Positions 41,057 to 51,698 of a DNA stretch of 64,000 bases are shown here, piece by piece. Source of the stretch: an uncultured Verrucomicrobiota bacterium (GTDB lineage Bacteria > Verrucomicrobiota > Kiritimatiellia > CAJWTS01); contig CAJWTS010000013.1 in assembly GCA_913047795.1 (NCBI GenBank), forward strand, positions 4,060-68,059, written 5' to 3'. The notes below the pieces were generated by a model. It was given only the letters and a program-made list of their open reading frames with translations. It had not been told where the DNA came from and made no database searches. Position 1 is the stretch's first letter. Each line of letters begins with the position of its first letter. The position numbers were made by a program, and so were the translations under genes.

Positions 41057-43450
41057 ATGAACAAGATATTCACGATTCTGACCCTTGTTATGCTGGCAGT
41101 TATGGGTGTCTCAACAGACGCGCTGGCTGCCGACCCCGACAGCAGCGCCACTGGCGGCATCTGGTGGCTGGCCCCGATTAGTTCGGTCGCCGCGCTGGGA
41201 TTTGCATACTACTTCTATCGTCTGATGCTTTCGGCCAACGAGGGCAACGACCGCATGAAGGAAATCGCCGGGTACGTGCGTGAGGGCGCCATGGCGTATC
41301 TCCACCGGCAGTACAAAGTCGTGACGATCGTTTTCATGATCCTCTTCGTCATCCTGGGCGGATTGGCGATAGCTGGAATTCAGAATCCGTTTGTTCCGAT
41401 CGCATTCCTGACCGGTGGATTCTTCTCCGGCCTCTGTGGCTATCTCGGAATGAAAACGGCCACCAGTGCGTCCTCGCGCACGGCTCAAGGCGCTAGCGAA
41501 GGCCTGAACCGAGGCCTGCAGGTCGCCTTCCGATCCGGTGCGGTCATGGGTCTGGTCGTGGTTGGATTCGGATTGCTCGATATCTGCCTGTGGTACTGGG
41601 TCCTCGACCAACTGGTGTATACGACAGAGAACATGGCCAACGGGCTTAACTTCCTCGGCCTGCATCTCGTCCCGGAGGGCACGACGCCCCTGGACAAGAT
41701 GGTGCACATGACGACAACAATGATTACCTTTGGCATGGGTGCATCGACGCAAGCGCTCTTCGCGCGTGTCGGCGGCGGCATCTACACCAAGGCGGCAGAC
41801 GTTGGCGCCGACCTCGTCGGCAAGGTTGAGGCAGGTATTCCCGAGGACGACGCGCGCAATCCCGCGTCAATCGCGGACAACGTGGGTGATAACGTTGGCG
41901 ACGTCGCCGGAATGGGTGCCGACCTTTACGAATCCTACTGTGGCTCGATTCTCGCTACGGCGGCGCTTGGCGCGGCCGTGGGTGCCCAGTCTGGGGACAT
42001 GAGCCAGGCGGTCAAGCTGGTGACGTCGCCTATGATCGTTGCCGGCATCGGGATCATTCTCTCGATTGTTGGAATCTTTGCCGTTCGTTGTAAAGAAGGT
42101 GCCTCACAGCGCGATCTGCTTCACGCACTGTTGTTTGGCACGCTGGGAAGCTCCGTCCTGATACTGGTCGCGATCGCCGGTCTGGCGGCCGCGGGCATGA
42201 TCGCCTGGGGCATATTCGGATCGGTCGTCGCCGGACTTCTCGCCGGGGTGATTATCGGCCAATCCACGGAGTACTACACCTCGGACGAGTACAAGCCGAC
42301 ACAGGGCATTGCCGAGCAGTGCCAGATGGGACCCGCCACGACGATTATCGACGGCCTCGCCGTCGGCATGTACTCGGCCGGTATTCCCGTCGTCACCATC
42401 GTTCTCGGCATTCTGTTCGCATTCGGTTTTGCGGGCGGCTTCACCGAATTCAGCATGGGATTATATGGGATTGGTTTTGCCGCGGTCGGTATGCTCTCGA
42501 CGCTCGGTATCACACTGGCGACGGACGCCTACGGTCCAATTGCGGACAATGCGGGCGGCAACGCGGAGATGTCCGGTCTGCCTCCGGAAGTCCGCGAGCG
42601 CACCGACGCATTGGATTCGCTGGGCAATACGACCGCCGCGACGGGCAAGGGTTTTGCAATCGGCTCAGCCGCCCTGACGGCCATGGCGCTGCTGGCGGCT
42701 TACATCGAGGAGGTGCGGCTCTGGGTATCGAAATTCGCCGCCGACGGCCCGTTTTTCCTGGATGCCAACACGGCGATCTCGGCACTTGAGGCGAAAAAGA
42801 TGTCCATTCTGGATTTCGTCGAAATCTACCAACTCCACATCATGAACCCGATGCTGCTTTGCGGTCTATTCATCGGCGGCGCCATGGCGTTCGTTTTCTG
42901 CGCCATGACGATGAAAGCCGTCGGACGCGCGGCCGGTGCCATGGTCAATGAAGTGCGTGATCAGTTTAAACAGAAACCGGGAATCATGGACGGCACCGAA
43001 AAGCCGGACTACGCGCGCTGTGTCGATATCTCGACGGCGGGCGCCCAGCGAGAGATGATTCTCCCCTCGGCACTCGCTATTGCAATTCCGGTCGTCGTCG
43101 GACTGATACTCGGTGTACCCGGCGTAATGGGTCTTCTGGTGGGCGGCCTGGCCACCGGATTTGTTCTGGCCAATATGCTCAACAACGCCGGCGGCGCATG
43201 GGACAACGCGAAGAAATATATCGAAGCCGGCAACTACGGCGGCAAGAAGCTCCCCGATGGTTCCAAGAACCCCACGCACGGCGCCGGTGTCATCGGTGAT
43301 ACCGTAGGCGATCCCTGCAAGGATACCTGCGGGCCCTCGTTGAACATCCTGATCAAGTTGATGACGATGGTGAGCATCGTTTTCTCACCGGTCATCGTGA
43401 AGTACTCACCCGCCATTCAGAAGGCGCTCGGGCTGACGCTTAACCAATAG
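41057..43450 (+). CDS. hppA: Membrane-bound K+-dependent cation-translocating pyrophosphatase
   Basis: [46 protein letters not shown]. Confidence 0.95.
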   Translation: MNKIFTILTLVMLAVMGVSTDALAADPDSSATGGIWWLAPISSVAALGFAYYFYRLMLSANEGNDRMKEIAGYVREGAMAYLHRQYKVVTIVFMILFVILGGLAIAGIQNPFVPIAFLTGGFFSGLCGYLGMKTATSASSRTAQGASEGLNRGLQVAFRSGAVMGLVVVGFGLLDICLWYWVLDQLVYTTENMANGLNFLGLHLVPEGTTPLDKMVHMTTTMITFGMGASTQALFARVGGGIYTKAADVGADLVGKVEAGIPEDDARNPASIADNVGDNVGDVAGMGADLYESYCGSILATAALGAAVGAQSGDMSQAVKLVTSPMIVAGIGIILSIVGIFAVRCKEGASQRDLLHALLFGTLGSSVLILVAIAGLAAAGMIAWGIFGSVVAGLLAGVIIGQSTEYYTSDEYKPTQGIAEQCQMGPATTIIDGLAVGMYSAGIPVVTIVLGILFAFGFAGGFTEFSMGLYGIGFAAVGMLSTLGITLATDAYGPIADNAGGNAEMSGLPPEVRERTDALDSLGNTTAATGKGFAIGSAALTAMALLAAYIEEVRLWVSKFAADGPFFLDANTAISALEAKKMSILDFVEIYQLHIMNPMLLCGLFIGGAMAFVFCAMTMKAVGRAAGAMVNEVRDQFKQKPGIMDGTEKPDYARCVDISTAGAQREMILPSALAIAIPVVVGLILGVPGVMGLLVGGLATGFVLANMLNNAGGAWDNAKKYIEAGNYGGKKLPDGSKNPTHGAGVIGDTVGDPCKDTCGPSLNILIKLMTMVSIVFSPVIVKYSPAIQKALGLTLNQ

Positions 43451-43478
43451 TCGTCGATCCTCGCCCGCGTGGGGTTGC

Positions 43479-44246
43479 ATGAAACTCGTCTTTCTGGGCA
43501 CCGGCACATCAACCGGCGTTCCCACGATCGGCTGTCGTTGCGATGTCTGCCTGTCGGCCGATCCACGCAACAAGCGCCGGCGCACCAGCCTTTATATTGA
43601 GGCCGGCGACACCCGCATCCTGATCGACACCTCACCCGATCTGCGCGAGCAGGCGTTGACGCACGACGTGCGCGCGATCGACACGGTCCTGCTCACCCAC
43701 ACGCATGCCGACCACATCTTCGGGTTCGACGATGTGCGCGCCTTTAACCAGCGCGGCGGCGACGCATTGCCCGTCTTTCTCTCGGAATCCGCGCTGGTCG
43801 ACATGCGTCGCATCTTTCCCTACATCGAAGACCCCAACACGCGCGGGTACCGGCCACGTGTCGATTTTCGCGTATTCTCCACGCCGTTTCAATTCGGCAA
43901 CGCGACCGTTACCCCGGTCGAGGTCGTGCACGGCAACGTGCCCACGTTCGGATTTCGAATCGATGGTGGCGGATGTTCGATCGGGTACTTCCCCGACGTC
44001 GAACGCATGCCGGAGGAGGCCTACGCGCACCTGCGTGATCTCGACATTATGACAATCGACGGCCTGCGCAACCGGGAGCACTACAGCCATATGACGATCG
44101 ACGCTGCGATCGAGTCCCTCCATCGCATCCGCGCCCGTCAGTCATATCTGATTCATATGAATCACGAGGTCGACCACGCGGAGGTCAGCGCCAATCTGCC
44201 CGCGGGGATTAACCTGTCCTACGACGGCCTGACGCTGGAACTGTGA
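43479..44246 (+). CDS. MBL-fold metallo-hydrolase (PhnP/YycJ-like)
   Basis: LGTGTSTGVP.IGCRCDVC, THTHADHIFG, IHMNH. Confidence 0.88.
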   Translation: MKLVFLGTGTSTGVPTIGCRCDVCLSADPRNKRRRTSLYIEAGDTRILIDTSPDLREQALTHDVRAIDTVLLTHTHADHIFGFDDVRAFNQRGGDALPVFLSESALVDMRRIFPYIEDPNTRGYRPRVDFRVFSTPFQFGNATVTPVEVVHGNVPTFGFRIDGGGCSIGYFPDVERMPEEAYAHLRDLDIMTIDGLRNREHYSHMTIDAAIESLHRIRARQSYLIHMNHEVDHAEVSANLPAGINLSYDGLTLEL

Positions 44247-44273
44247 TCGTCACCGCCGGCCGCGCCCACGCAC

Positions 44274-45281
44274 TCAGCTTCCAGGCGGAAAGCAAACCAG
44301 CATGCTGACCACGTAGGCGATGTACAGCGCCAACATCGCGAGCCCCTTGCGGCGCGACCAGTTATGCTTCCATCGCAGCAGCGCGAGCATCGTCCCCACG
44401 ATCACGAACATCCAGGGAAACATGAACCCGATTTCCTTGCGCCCCATAACCAGGTCGTTCGCAATCGCGGATGCGCCCGCAACCCAACAGATGTTCATGA
44501 TGTCGGCACCGAGAATATTGCCGACCGCCAGTGCGCCCTCGCCCTTGAGCGCCGCCGTCACGCAGGTCGCGACCTCGGGTACGGACGTCCCGAACGCGAC
44601 GAGCACCAGCGCCACAATCGATTTTGGAACCCCGAAGGCCAGCGCAATCTTCTCCGCCGACAGAATGATGAAATGACTCGCAATAATGATACCGACCAGA
44701 CCCGCCAGAAAAAGCGCCACGTCCTTGCCCATTGAGCGCCGATCATGATCGATGTCCTCAAGGGTCGCGTCTTCCTCCATCTTTCCCGCCTTGTGCTGGC
44801 GATAAAGGTAGGAGAGGTACGCCACAAACACCCCGATCAATACCAGGCCTTCAACGCGCGTCAGGGTCGGGGTCCCGTCGAAGGCAACAAATAGAAAGAC
44901 GAGCACGGATACGATTGCGAGGAAAACCCCTGACGACTTCAGAACTCCCGGATGAACCGCGATCACGGTCGGCGCAAGGATTCCACAAAGCGCCAGGGCC
45001 AGGCCATCGTCGCAGATGACGGAGCCGATCGCATTCCCGAACGCTATTTCCGGACGGTCCTGGACGGCCGACATGAGGGAAACAGCCAACTCCGGTGAAG
45101 TCGTTGCGAAAGAAACCAGGACCAACCCAATCACCAGTCGCGGAATTTTCAGCTTGTTCGCAATCTCGACCGAACTGTCGACGAAGAAAGCCGCGCATTT
45201 GGCGAGCACAACGAACGCGACGATAAGCGCCACGACGGCCAGGGGCAGGCTGTTCTGGATGACCTGTTCAATCGCATGCAT
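44274..45281 (-). CDS. Calcium/sodium antiporter (YrbG-like)
   Basis: Alpha repeats SFATTSPE...GNAIGS and AFGTSVPE...GNILGA. Confidence 0.88.
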   Translation of the reverse strand: MHAIEQVIQNSLPLAVVALIVAFVVLAKCAAFFVDSSVEIANKLKIPRLVIGLVLVSFATTSPELAVSLMSAVQDRPEIAFGNAIGSVICDDGLALALCGILAPTVIAVHPGVLKSSGVFLAIVSVLVFLFVAFDGTPTLTRVEGLVLIGVFVAYLSYLYRQHKAGKMEEDATLEDIDHDRRSMGKDVALFLAGLVGIIIASHFIILSAEKIALAFGVPKSIVALVLVAFGTSVPEVATCVTAALKGEGALAVGNILGADIMNICWVAGASAIANDLVMGRKEIGFMFPWMFVIVGTMLALLRWKHNWSRRKGLAMLALYIAYVVSMLVCFPPGS

Positions 45282-45404
45282 GTCAGCACCGTAAGCAAAT
45301 CGCTCACGCGCTTCAATCGCGCATTCGTGCCCGTGCAAAAGAATTCCCGCCGCCATCCGGTGCCGGATTGACCTTAACCGCGACAGCATCTACCGTTTCC
45401 GATC

Positions 45405-46187
45405 ATGTATTTCGACAGCCATGTCCACCTGGACGGCATCTCGGATCGCGCGGGATTGCCGGACGTGCTGCAGCGCGCAACGGACGCCGGCGTGGATCGA
45501 TGCATTGCAATCGGCGGCACGCGCGAGGGCAACACGTTCGCGATCGACGCGGCACGCGCCTTTCCCGAACGCGTCCGCGCTGCGACGGGTTACGATCGCG
45601 ATTACGCCGGAACCGATTACGATCTCGACGCGCTCGAGAAACTCCTAAGCGGCGACACCCCCGTGGCGGCCGTCGGCGAAACGGGTCTCGATTACCACTA
45701 CAGTGCTGATACCGCGACGGCACAGAAGCAGCTCTTCGAGGAGATGTGCGGCATGGCGGCACGGCACGGGCTTCCGCTCGTGATTCACAGTCGCGATGCC
45801 GATGCGGACACCCTCGCCTTATTGGCAAACCACCGGTCAAGCCGGCAGGGTGCGGCCGACCGGCTCGGCGTCCTGCATTGCTTCACCGGCAGCGTCGCGT
45901 TCGCGGAGAAACTGCTCGAACTGGATCTGTACATCAGCCTCAGCGGAATCGTGACCTTCAAAAATGCCCGGGCATTGCGCGAGGTGGCAGCCATGATACC
46001 CGACCATCGCCTGTTGATCGAAACGGACGCCCCCTACCTGGCGCCTGTGCCCCTGCGCGGCAACCCCAACGAACCGGCGTATGTTCCGCACGTGGCCGCA
46101 ACCATTGCGGATGTGCGCAACGTCGCGGTTGAGGAGATTCGAGATCTGACGCGCGACAACGCGAATCGACTCTTTGACTGGCACTAG
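45405..46187 (+). CDS. tatD: TatD family hydrolase
   Basis: DSHVH, GETGLDY, IHSRDA, HCF, ETDAPYL. Confidence 0.9.
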   Translation: MYFDSHVHLDGISDRAGLPDVLQRATDAGVDRCIAIGGTREGNTFAIDAARAFPERVRAATGYDRDYAGTDYDLDALEKLLSGDTPVAAVGETGLDYHYSADTATAQKQLFEEMCGMAARHGLPLVIHSRDADADTLALLANHRSSRQGAADRLGVLHCFTGSVAFAEKLLELDLYISLSGIVTFKNARALREVAAMIPDHRLLIETDAPYLAPVPLRGNPNEPAYVPHVAATIADVRNVAVEEIRDLTRDNANRLFDWH

Positions 46188-46246
46188 AACCTGTTCGATG
46201 CCACTCTTTCGAGAGGATTCCGGGACCCTCCTCCCGGCGCAAAAAC

Positions 46247-46876
46247 ATGTTCATTGAGATTGCATTCGAGAACCTGCCCTACTACGTCAGCTGGATCAGC
46301 GTCGTCGCGTTCTCGATCTGCGTACACGAATACGCGCACGCGATCGCCGCTTATCGCTGCGGCGACGACACGGCAGCGCGCGCGGGTCACCTGACGCTGA
46401 ACCCGGTGATACAGATGGGTGGGCGGTCGCTCTTCATGCTGGCCCTGATCGGGATCGCATGGGGCGCCGTGCCGGTGGATCCCAGCCGCCTGCGGCGCCG
46501 ATACGGCGAAGCCATCGTCGCCATAGCAGGCCCGCTCAGCAATCTCTGCCTCGCTCTTATCGCTGCCCTGCTCTACATCCTGCTCAGCGCAACCCCCGCC
46601 GCCAACCTGGTCGATATCGCTTGCAGGGCCAACGGCACGCTATTCGTGCTCAACATGCTACCGGCCCCCATGTTGGACGGGTGGAAGGTGTACGCGGCCT
46701 TCGTGCCGGCCATGAACCGCGTATCCGAGAAACAGGCCAATACGGCCAGCCTCGTCATGCTGCTACTGGTCTTCGTGACACCGTTCGGTGGCCTGCTGTG
46801 GCGGGCCGGCGAATTTATCGCGGCGAACATGGTCGGTCTGTGGCTGACCGTTCTCGCCCCCCTGCTGGGATCCTGA
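46247..46876 (+). CDS. Site-2 protease (M50B)
   Basis: HEYAH, AGPLSN, NMLPAPMLDG. Confidence 0.9.
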   Translation: MFIEIAFENLPYYVSWISVVAFSICVHEYAHAIAAYRCGDDTAARAGHLTLNPVIQMGGRSLFMLALIGIAWGAVPVDPSRLRRRYGEAIVAIAGPLSNLCLALIAALLYILLSATPAANLVDIACRANGTLFVLNMLPAPMLDGWKVYAAFVPAMNRVSEKQANTASLVMLLLVFVTPFGGLLWRAGEFIAANMVGLWLTVLAPLLGS

Positions 46877-46877
46877 A

Positions 46878-47999
46878 ATGCGCGCCAGGATCACAACCTG
46901 TGGGGTCGCCCTTGCGATCGCAATAGCATCCATTGTCTTCGGAGACGAGATCCACCTGAAGAACGGCAACACGATTACGGGGTTGATTGTTCAGGAGACA
47001 GCGACGACGTACGTCATCGACCTTGGTTTCGGAACCACCGAGATCGAGACGTCACGCGTGCGCACCGTCGATCGCAGCGAGAGCGGTCAATCCATGCGGG
47101 AAGCCTGGCAGCGCAAGTATTTCCTTCAGAAGCGCTACGTTCCGGATGCACAAACGGGAATCGCAGGCACCTATCGCCGGTTACTGAATCAACGCGCCCG
47201 GGCACGGGCGTCGAGAAAGGAGTTGCCCAAGCTTCGCGCAGCCATCGCGAAGGCACGCGCGGATATTCAGATCATGGAAAAGCGCCGGATCGCGGTTGGC
47301 GAACAACTACAATCCGCCGAACTCGACGCGAAGAATCCCGCCCAAGTCCTGGCCTATAACAAGCTGGTGACCGAGAACAACATATTGAGCAGCAAGCGGA
47401 GCACGACGTACGAGGGAATCCGGACGAACGAGCAACGGATCAAAGGCGCCGGCAAATCGGTCGGTACGTACACGCGGGAACTCGAGATATTCAATCAGCA
47501 CTTTACGAATCACCGTGCCGCCTATGCGCGGCGCGGACGCACAAACGAAGAGGACGTCTTCCTCAACGAGATGGCGCGGCGACTCGAAGGCTTCAACAAA
47601 GAATTTAGATCCTATAAGGTGGCCACACGGCAACGCGGAAACGGCATCCTGGTCACCGTGCGCTTCAACGATTCGATTGACGCGACGTACATGCTCGATA
47701 CCGGCGCCTCGTTCGTCACACTGACACCGGCTCTTGCGCAGCGACTCCAGCTCGATACGTCGCAGGTGCAACCCGCCCAACTGACGGTCGCCGACGGTCG
47801 GCGGATCAGCGCGCTACCGGTCCTGCTGAAGTCCGTCGCGGTCGGCGGCGCACGCATGGAACGCGTCGAGGCCGTCGTTATGGAAGGCGCCGCCGGGACC
47901 GGGGTTGAGGGCCTGCTCGGCATGTCGTTTCTTCGCGGATTCCTGATCGAAGTGGACCCGGGAACATCATCCCTCGTCCTAAAACGGCTGGAGCGTTAG
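46878..47999 (+). CDS. Secreted coiled-coil protein with C-terminal retropepsin-like aspartic protease
   Basis: Signal peptide, DEIHLKNG, LDTGAS, GLLGMSFL. Confidence 0.85.
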   Translation: MRARITTCGVALAIAIASIVFGDEIHLKNGNTITGLIVQETATTYVIDLGFGTTEIETSRVRTVDRSESGQSMREAWQRKYFLQKRYVPDAQTGIAGTYRRLLNQRARARASRKELPKLRAAIAKARADIQIMEKRRIAVGEQLQSAELDAKNPAQVLAYNKLVTENNILSSKRSTTYEGIRTNEQRIKGAGKSVGTYTRELEIFNQHFTNHRAAYARRGRTNEEDVFLNEMARRLEGFNKEFRSYKVATRQRGNGILVTVRFNDSIDATYMLDTGASFVTLTPALAQRLQLDTSQVQPAQLTVADGRRISALPVLLKSVAVGGARMERVEAVVMEGAAGTGVEGLLGMSFLRGFLIEVDPGTSSLVLKRLER

Positions 48000-48076
48000 C
48001 CGATCGCGGTCAGGACAACGAGGGATTCCGGAGAACTGCTTGACTTTACTGTTGCCGGCTTATAGGCCATGAGACC

Positions 48077-49516
48077 ATGTATTCCGTTAACGAACAGGCC
48101 TACATCGCGCTCAGCGCGGAGCACGACCTGATACCCGTCTATCTCGAGGTCCTCGTGGACGACGAGACGCCGTTGTCTGTTTTGCGCCGTTTTGCCGACC
48201 GCGAGAACACCTTTCTCCTGGAGAGCCTGGCGGGCGGCGAGACGTGGGGCCGCTACTCCTTTATCGGCGTCGACTGCGAACCCTACCTCGATGTTGACCA
48301 CGCCCGGGGTCCGACCGGTGAACTCGAGCGCCTGCGCGAGATCTATCGGGCCCTGCGCGTGGCCCAGGTCCCGGATGTTCCGCGCTTTTTCGGCGGGGTC
48401 GTGGGTTATATCGCTTACGAAGGCGTCGCCGAGATGGAGCACTTGCCGGACCCCAAGCCCTCGCGCACCGTCGAACCGCGCAGCCGCTTCATGCGCGTCG
48501 ATCAGTTGATTGTCTTCGACGGCGTACGACACACCTGCAAAATTATCGTCTGCTCGCGCCCGGGCGACGCCGCCTCCCCCGCGCAGGCTTACCGGCAAGC
48601 GCTGGCAGACATCGCGGCCATCCAGGCCACCCTGCAAGAGCCGGGCGCGACCGCTGAAGCCCGCGCCTATCCTGCGGTGACCTTCGAATCGAACATGACG
48701 GAGGAGGTCTACAAGGACATCGTGGCGCGCACGAAGGAGTACATCCGCAATGGCGATATCATCCAGGCCGTATTGAGTCAGCGGTTCAGTGCGCAAACCG
48801 AGATCCCGCCGCTACAGCTCTACCGTGCCTTACGCTTGCTCAATCCGGCACCGTATACGTTCTTTCTCAAGATGGGCGACCGGGCGCTGGTCGGGTCCTC
48901 GCCCGAGGTGATGGTGCGTTTGACAGACGACCTTATCGAGTTGCGACCGATTGCGGGCACCAAGCCACGCGGCGCCACACCCGCCGAGGATCGCGCCCTG
49001 GAGAAAGCCTTGCTGGATGACGAAAAGGAGCAAGCGGAGCACGTGATGCTGGTCGACCTGGGCCGCAATGACCTCGGTCGCGTAGCCGTAGCGGGCAGTG
49101 TCAATGTGACGGAATACATGACCGTTGAGCGCTACAGCCACGTGATGCACATCGTGTCGCACGTCGTCGGCACGTTGAAAAAGGGTTGCGATGCATTCGA
49201 TGTCCTGAAGGCGACATTCCCGGCGGGGACCCTCTCGGGGGCGCCGAAGATTCGCGCCATGGAGATCATCAACGAGCTGGAGCCCGAACCACGCGGCGTC
49301 TATGGCGGGGCGGTGGGCTACATCGGTTACGACGGAAACATGGACCTTGCGATCACGATACGTACGCTGAAAGTCAGCGGTGGCACCGTTTCCGTGCAGG
49401 CGGGGGCCGGCATCGTGTATGATTCTGACCCTCAACGTGAATTCGAGGAGTGCCAGCACAAGGCACGCGGCATGCAAAAAGCCGTTGAACTCGCGGCAAG
49501 GGGGTTGAAGCTCTGA
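48077..49516 (+). CDS. trpE: Anthranilate synthase component I
   Basis: LLES, GRYS, NPAPY, GSSPE, EHVMLVDLGRND, PAGTLSGAPK. Confidence 0.93.
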   Translation: MYSVNEQAYIALSAEHDLIPVYLEVLVDDETPLSVLRRFADRENTFLLESLAGGETWGRYSFIGVDCEPYLDVDHARGPTGELERLREIYRALRVAQVPDVPRFFGGVVGYIAYEGVAEMEHLPDPKPSRTVEPRSRFMRVDQLIVFDGVRHTCKIIVCSRPGDAASPAQAYRQALADIAAIQATLQEPGATAEARAYPAVTFESNMTEEVYKDIVARTKEYIRNGDIIQAVLSQRFSAQTEIPPLQLYRALRLLNPAPYTFFLKMGDRALVGSSPEVMVRLTDDLIELRPIAGTKPRGATPAEDRALEKALLDDEKEQAEHVMLVDLGRNDLGRVAVAGSVNVTEYMTVERYSHVMHIVSHVVGTLKKGCDAFDVLKATFPAGTLSGAPKIRAMEIINELEPEPRGVYGGAVGYIGYDGNMDLAITIRTLKVSGGTVSVQAGAGIVYDSDPQREFEECQHKARGMQKAVELAARGLKL

Positions 49517-50106
49517 TGTTGCTGTTGATCGATAACTACGACTCTTTCTCATACAACCTGGTGCAGGCCCTGGCCGTACTCGGCGCAGAGGTCAAGGTTG
49601 TGCGCAACGACGAGATTTCGGTCGCGGACGCCGTCGCCGCGGGACCTGCGGCGGTCGTGATCTCCCCGGGCCCCTGCACGCCGAAAGAAGCCGGCATATC
49701 GGTCGAGCTGATCAAGCGCATCTCGGGCGAAGTCCCGATACTGGGCGTCTGCCTCGGGCATCAATCTGTCGCGGCCGCGTTCGGCGCGGAAATTGTGCAT
49801 GCCGAACAGATCATGCACGGCAAAACATCGATGGTGCGCCACGAGGGTGGCGCTCTCTACAAAGGCCTGGACAACCCTTTCGTCGCCGGACGCTATCATT
49901 CGCTGGCGGTGCAGCAGGCCAGCGTGCCGGAGGACCTGGTGCCGGACGCCTGGAGTGAGGACGGCGAAATCATGGGCTTCCATCACAGAACACATCCAAC
50001 TTGCGGCGTGCAGTTCCATCCCGAGTCGGTCCTGACGCCCGACGGCAACAAGTTGCTGGAAAATTTCCTGGCCATGGCCGCGCAATTCGGGCAACAGCCG
50101 ACGTAG
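49516..50106 (+). CDS. trpG: Anthranilate synthase component II
   Basis: IDNYDSF, SPGP, GVCLG, QFHPES. Confidence 0.92.
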   Translation: MLLLIDNYDSFSYNLVQALAVLGAEVKVVRNDEISVADAVAAGPAAVVISPGPCTPKEAGISVELIKRISGEVPILGVCLGHQSVAAAFGAEIVHAEQIMHGKTSMVRHEGGALYKGLDNPFVAGRYHSLAVQQASVPEDLVPDAWSEDGEIMGFHHRTHPTCGVQFHPESVLTPDGNKLLENFLAMAAQFGQQPT

Positions 50107-50149
50107 AACGCGGCTGCCATGTCCCGGCGATAAAGGAGGAGATCATCGC

Positions 50150-51154
50150 GTGAAAGAATATATCGAACGCCTGATTGACGGTAGCGATCTGACGCAATCC
50201 GACATGCGGGCCGCCATGGACCTGATCATGGGCGGCGAGGTGCCCGGCACGCAGATTGCCGCATTTCTGGTTGCCCTGCGCGCCAAGGGCGAAACCGTCG
50301 AAGAAGTCGCCGGTGGCGCCGCTTCGATGCGCGCGCACGCGGTCACGATCGACGCCGGCGATCTGCCGGTTGTCGATACCTGTGGCACCGGCGGCGACGG
50401 ATCCGGAACGTTTAACATTTCTACCGCAGCGGCGCTGGTCACCGCCGGGGCCGGCGTGCCGGTCGCCAAGCATGGCAACAAGGCGATGAGCAGCCAATGC
50501 GGTTCCGCCGACGTATTGGCAGAGTTGGGCGTTAATCTCGAAGCCGGCCCGGATCAGGTCGCCAACTGTATCCGCACGGCGGGGATCGGTTTCCTGTTTG
50601 CGCCGATGATGCACCCGGCGATGAAATTCGCGGGCCCCGTTCGCCGCGAGTTGGGCATCCGCACCGTGTTCAACATGCTCGGCCCACTAACCAACCCCGC
50701 CGGCGCACGCCGGCAGGTGATCGGCACCTTCGACGCGGCGCTGACTGAATTGTTCGCCGGCGTTCTGCTGGCGCTCGGCAGCGAGCGCGCGTTCTGTGTG
50801 CACGGCAACGATGGGTTGGACGAGATCTCGACGACCGCAACGACACGTGTCAGCGAACTGCACACGGGAGAGGTCACGACATACGATTTCGATCCACAAC
50901 CGCTGATCGGTGAGCTTGCGCGGCCGGAAGACCTGGCCGGTGGCGACGCGACGGTCAACGCGGCCATCATCCGCGATGTTCTCGACGGCGAGAAGTCCGC
51001 GCGGCGGGATATTGTATGCCTGAACGCCGCTGCCGCGATTGTCGCCGGCGGGGTTGCCGACGACCTGGAGCAGGGCTATGCGGCAGCGCAGGCTGCGATC
51101 GACTCGGGCCGGGCGGCGGCGGCTCTGGAGGCCCTGGTCAAGACCAGCGCCTGA
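50150..51154 (+). CDS. trpD: Anthranilate phosphoribosyltransferase
   Basis: DTCGTGGD, NIST, KHGN, GPLTNP, GLDEIS. Confidence 0.95.
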   Translation: MKEYIERLIDGSDLTQSDMRAAMDLIMGGEVPGTQIAAFLVALRAKGETVEEVAGGAASMRAHAVTIDAGDLPVVDTCGTGGDGSGTFNISTAAALVTAGAGVPVAKHGNKAMSSQCGSADVLAELGVNLEAGPDQVANCIRTAGIGFLFAPMMHPAMKFAGPVRRELGIRTVFNMLGPLTNPAGARRQVIGTFDAALTELFAGVLLALGSERAFCVHGNDGLDEISTTATTRVSELHTGEVTTYDFDPQPLIGELARPEDLAGGDATVNAAIIRDVLDGEKSARRDIVCLNAAAAIVAGGVADDLEQGYAAAQAAIDSGRAAAALEALVKTSA

Positions 51155-51166
51155 CCCGCGCGGCGC

Positions 51167-51661
51167 CTACATCTCGTAGAGCGTCTCATCCCGTTGCGGC
51201 GGCGGGCGGCGGCGAGATTGGGCACCGGCTCCTCCTTCGGGCACGTTGAACGGATCTTCGCTCGCAAGCGCGTCGCCCATTTCCGCTTCGATCGCTTCGG
51301 GATCCTCCCCTGCCTCCAGCCGCGACAGGGCTTCGCGCATGCCCTCGCCAAGCTCCATGCCGGTCATGTTGCTGAATTTGCGTAGCAGGTCAGCCGCCTG
51401 GCGCGGATTGTCCTCACTGATCGTTTCCGCCTCGCCCGCCAACTGTTCCAGGGCGCGCTCCATTTTCTGATCATCGAGGGGCAGATCGCCGGCGGGCTCG
51501 CCCTCCTTCGCCTGACCGATGGACGCAAACGCCGAAACCTGTTTCTCAAGTTTCTTGCGCGATTTACAGGCCGGACAGGTGGGGCGATCAGTGGTGACAC
51601 GCTTCGACAGGAAGCTGTAGATCGTATGGCAGTCCGGACAATAGAATTCGTAAATAGGCAT
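51167..51661 (-). CDS. FmdB-family zinc-ribbon protein
   Basis: MPIYEFYCPDC...CPAC. Confidence 0.85.
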   Translation of the reverse strand: MPIYEFYCPDCHTIYSFLSKRVTTDRPTCPACKSRKKLEKQVSAFASIGQAKEGEPAGDLPLDDQKMERALEQLAGEAETISEDNPRQAADLLRKFSNMTGMELGEGMREALSRLEAGEDPEAIEAEMGDALASEDPFNVPEGGAGAQSRRRPPPQRDETLYEM

Positions 51662-51698
51662 CGTCTACATTGGCCTCACCCGATTGGACGCGTGGCGT

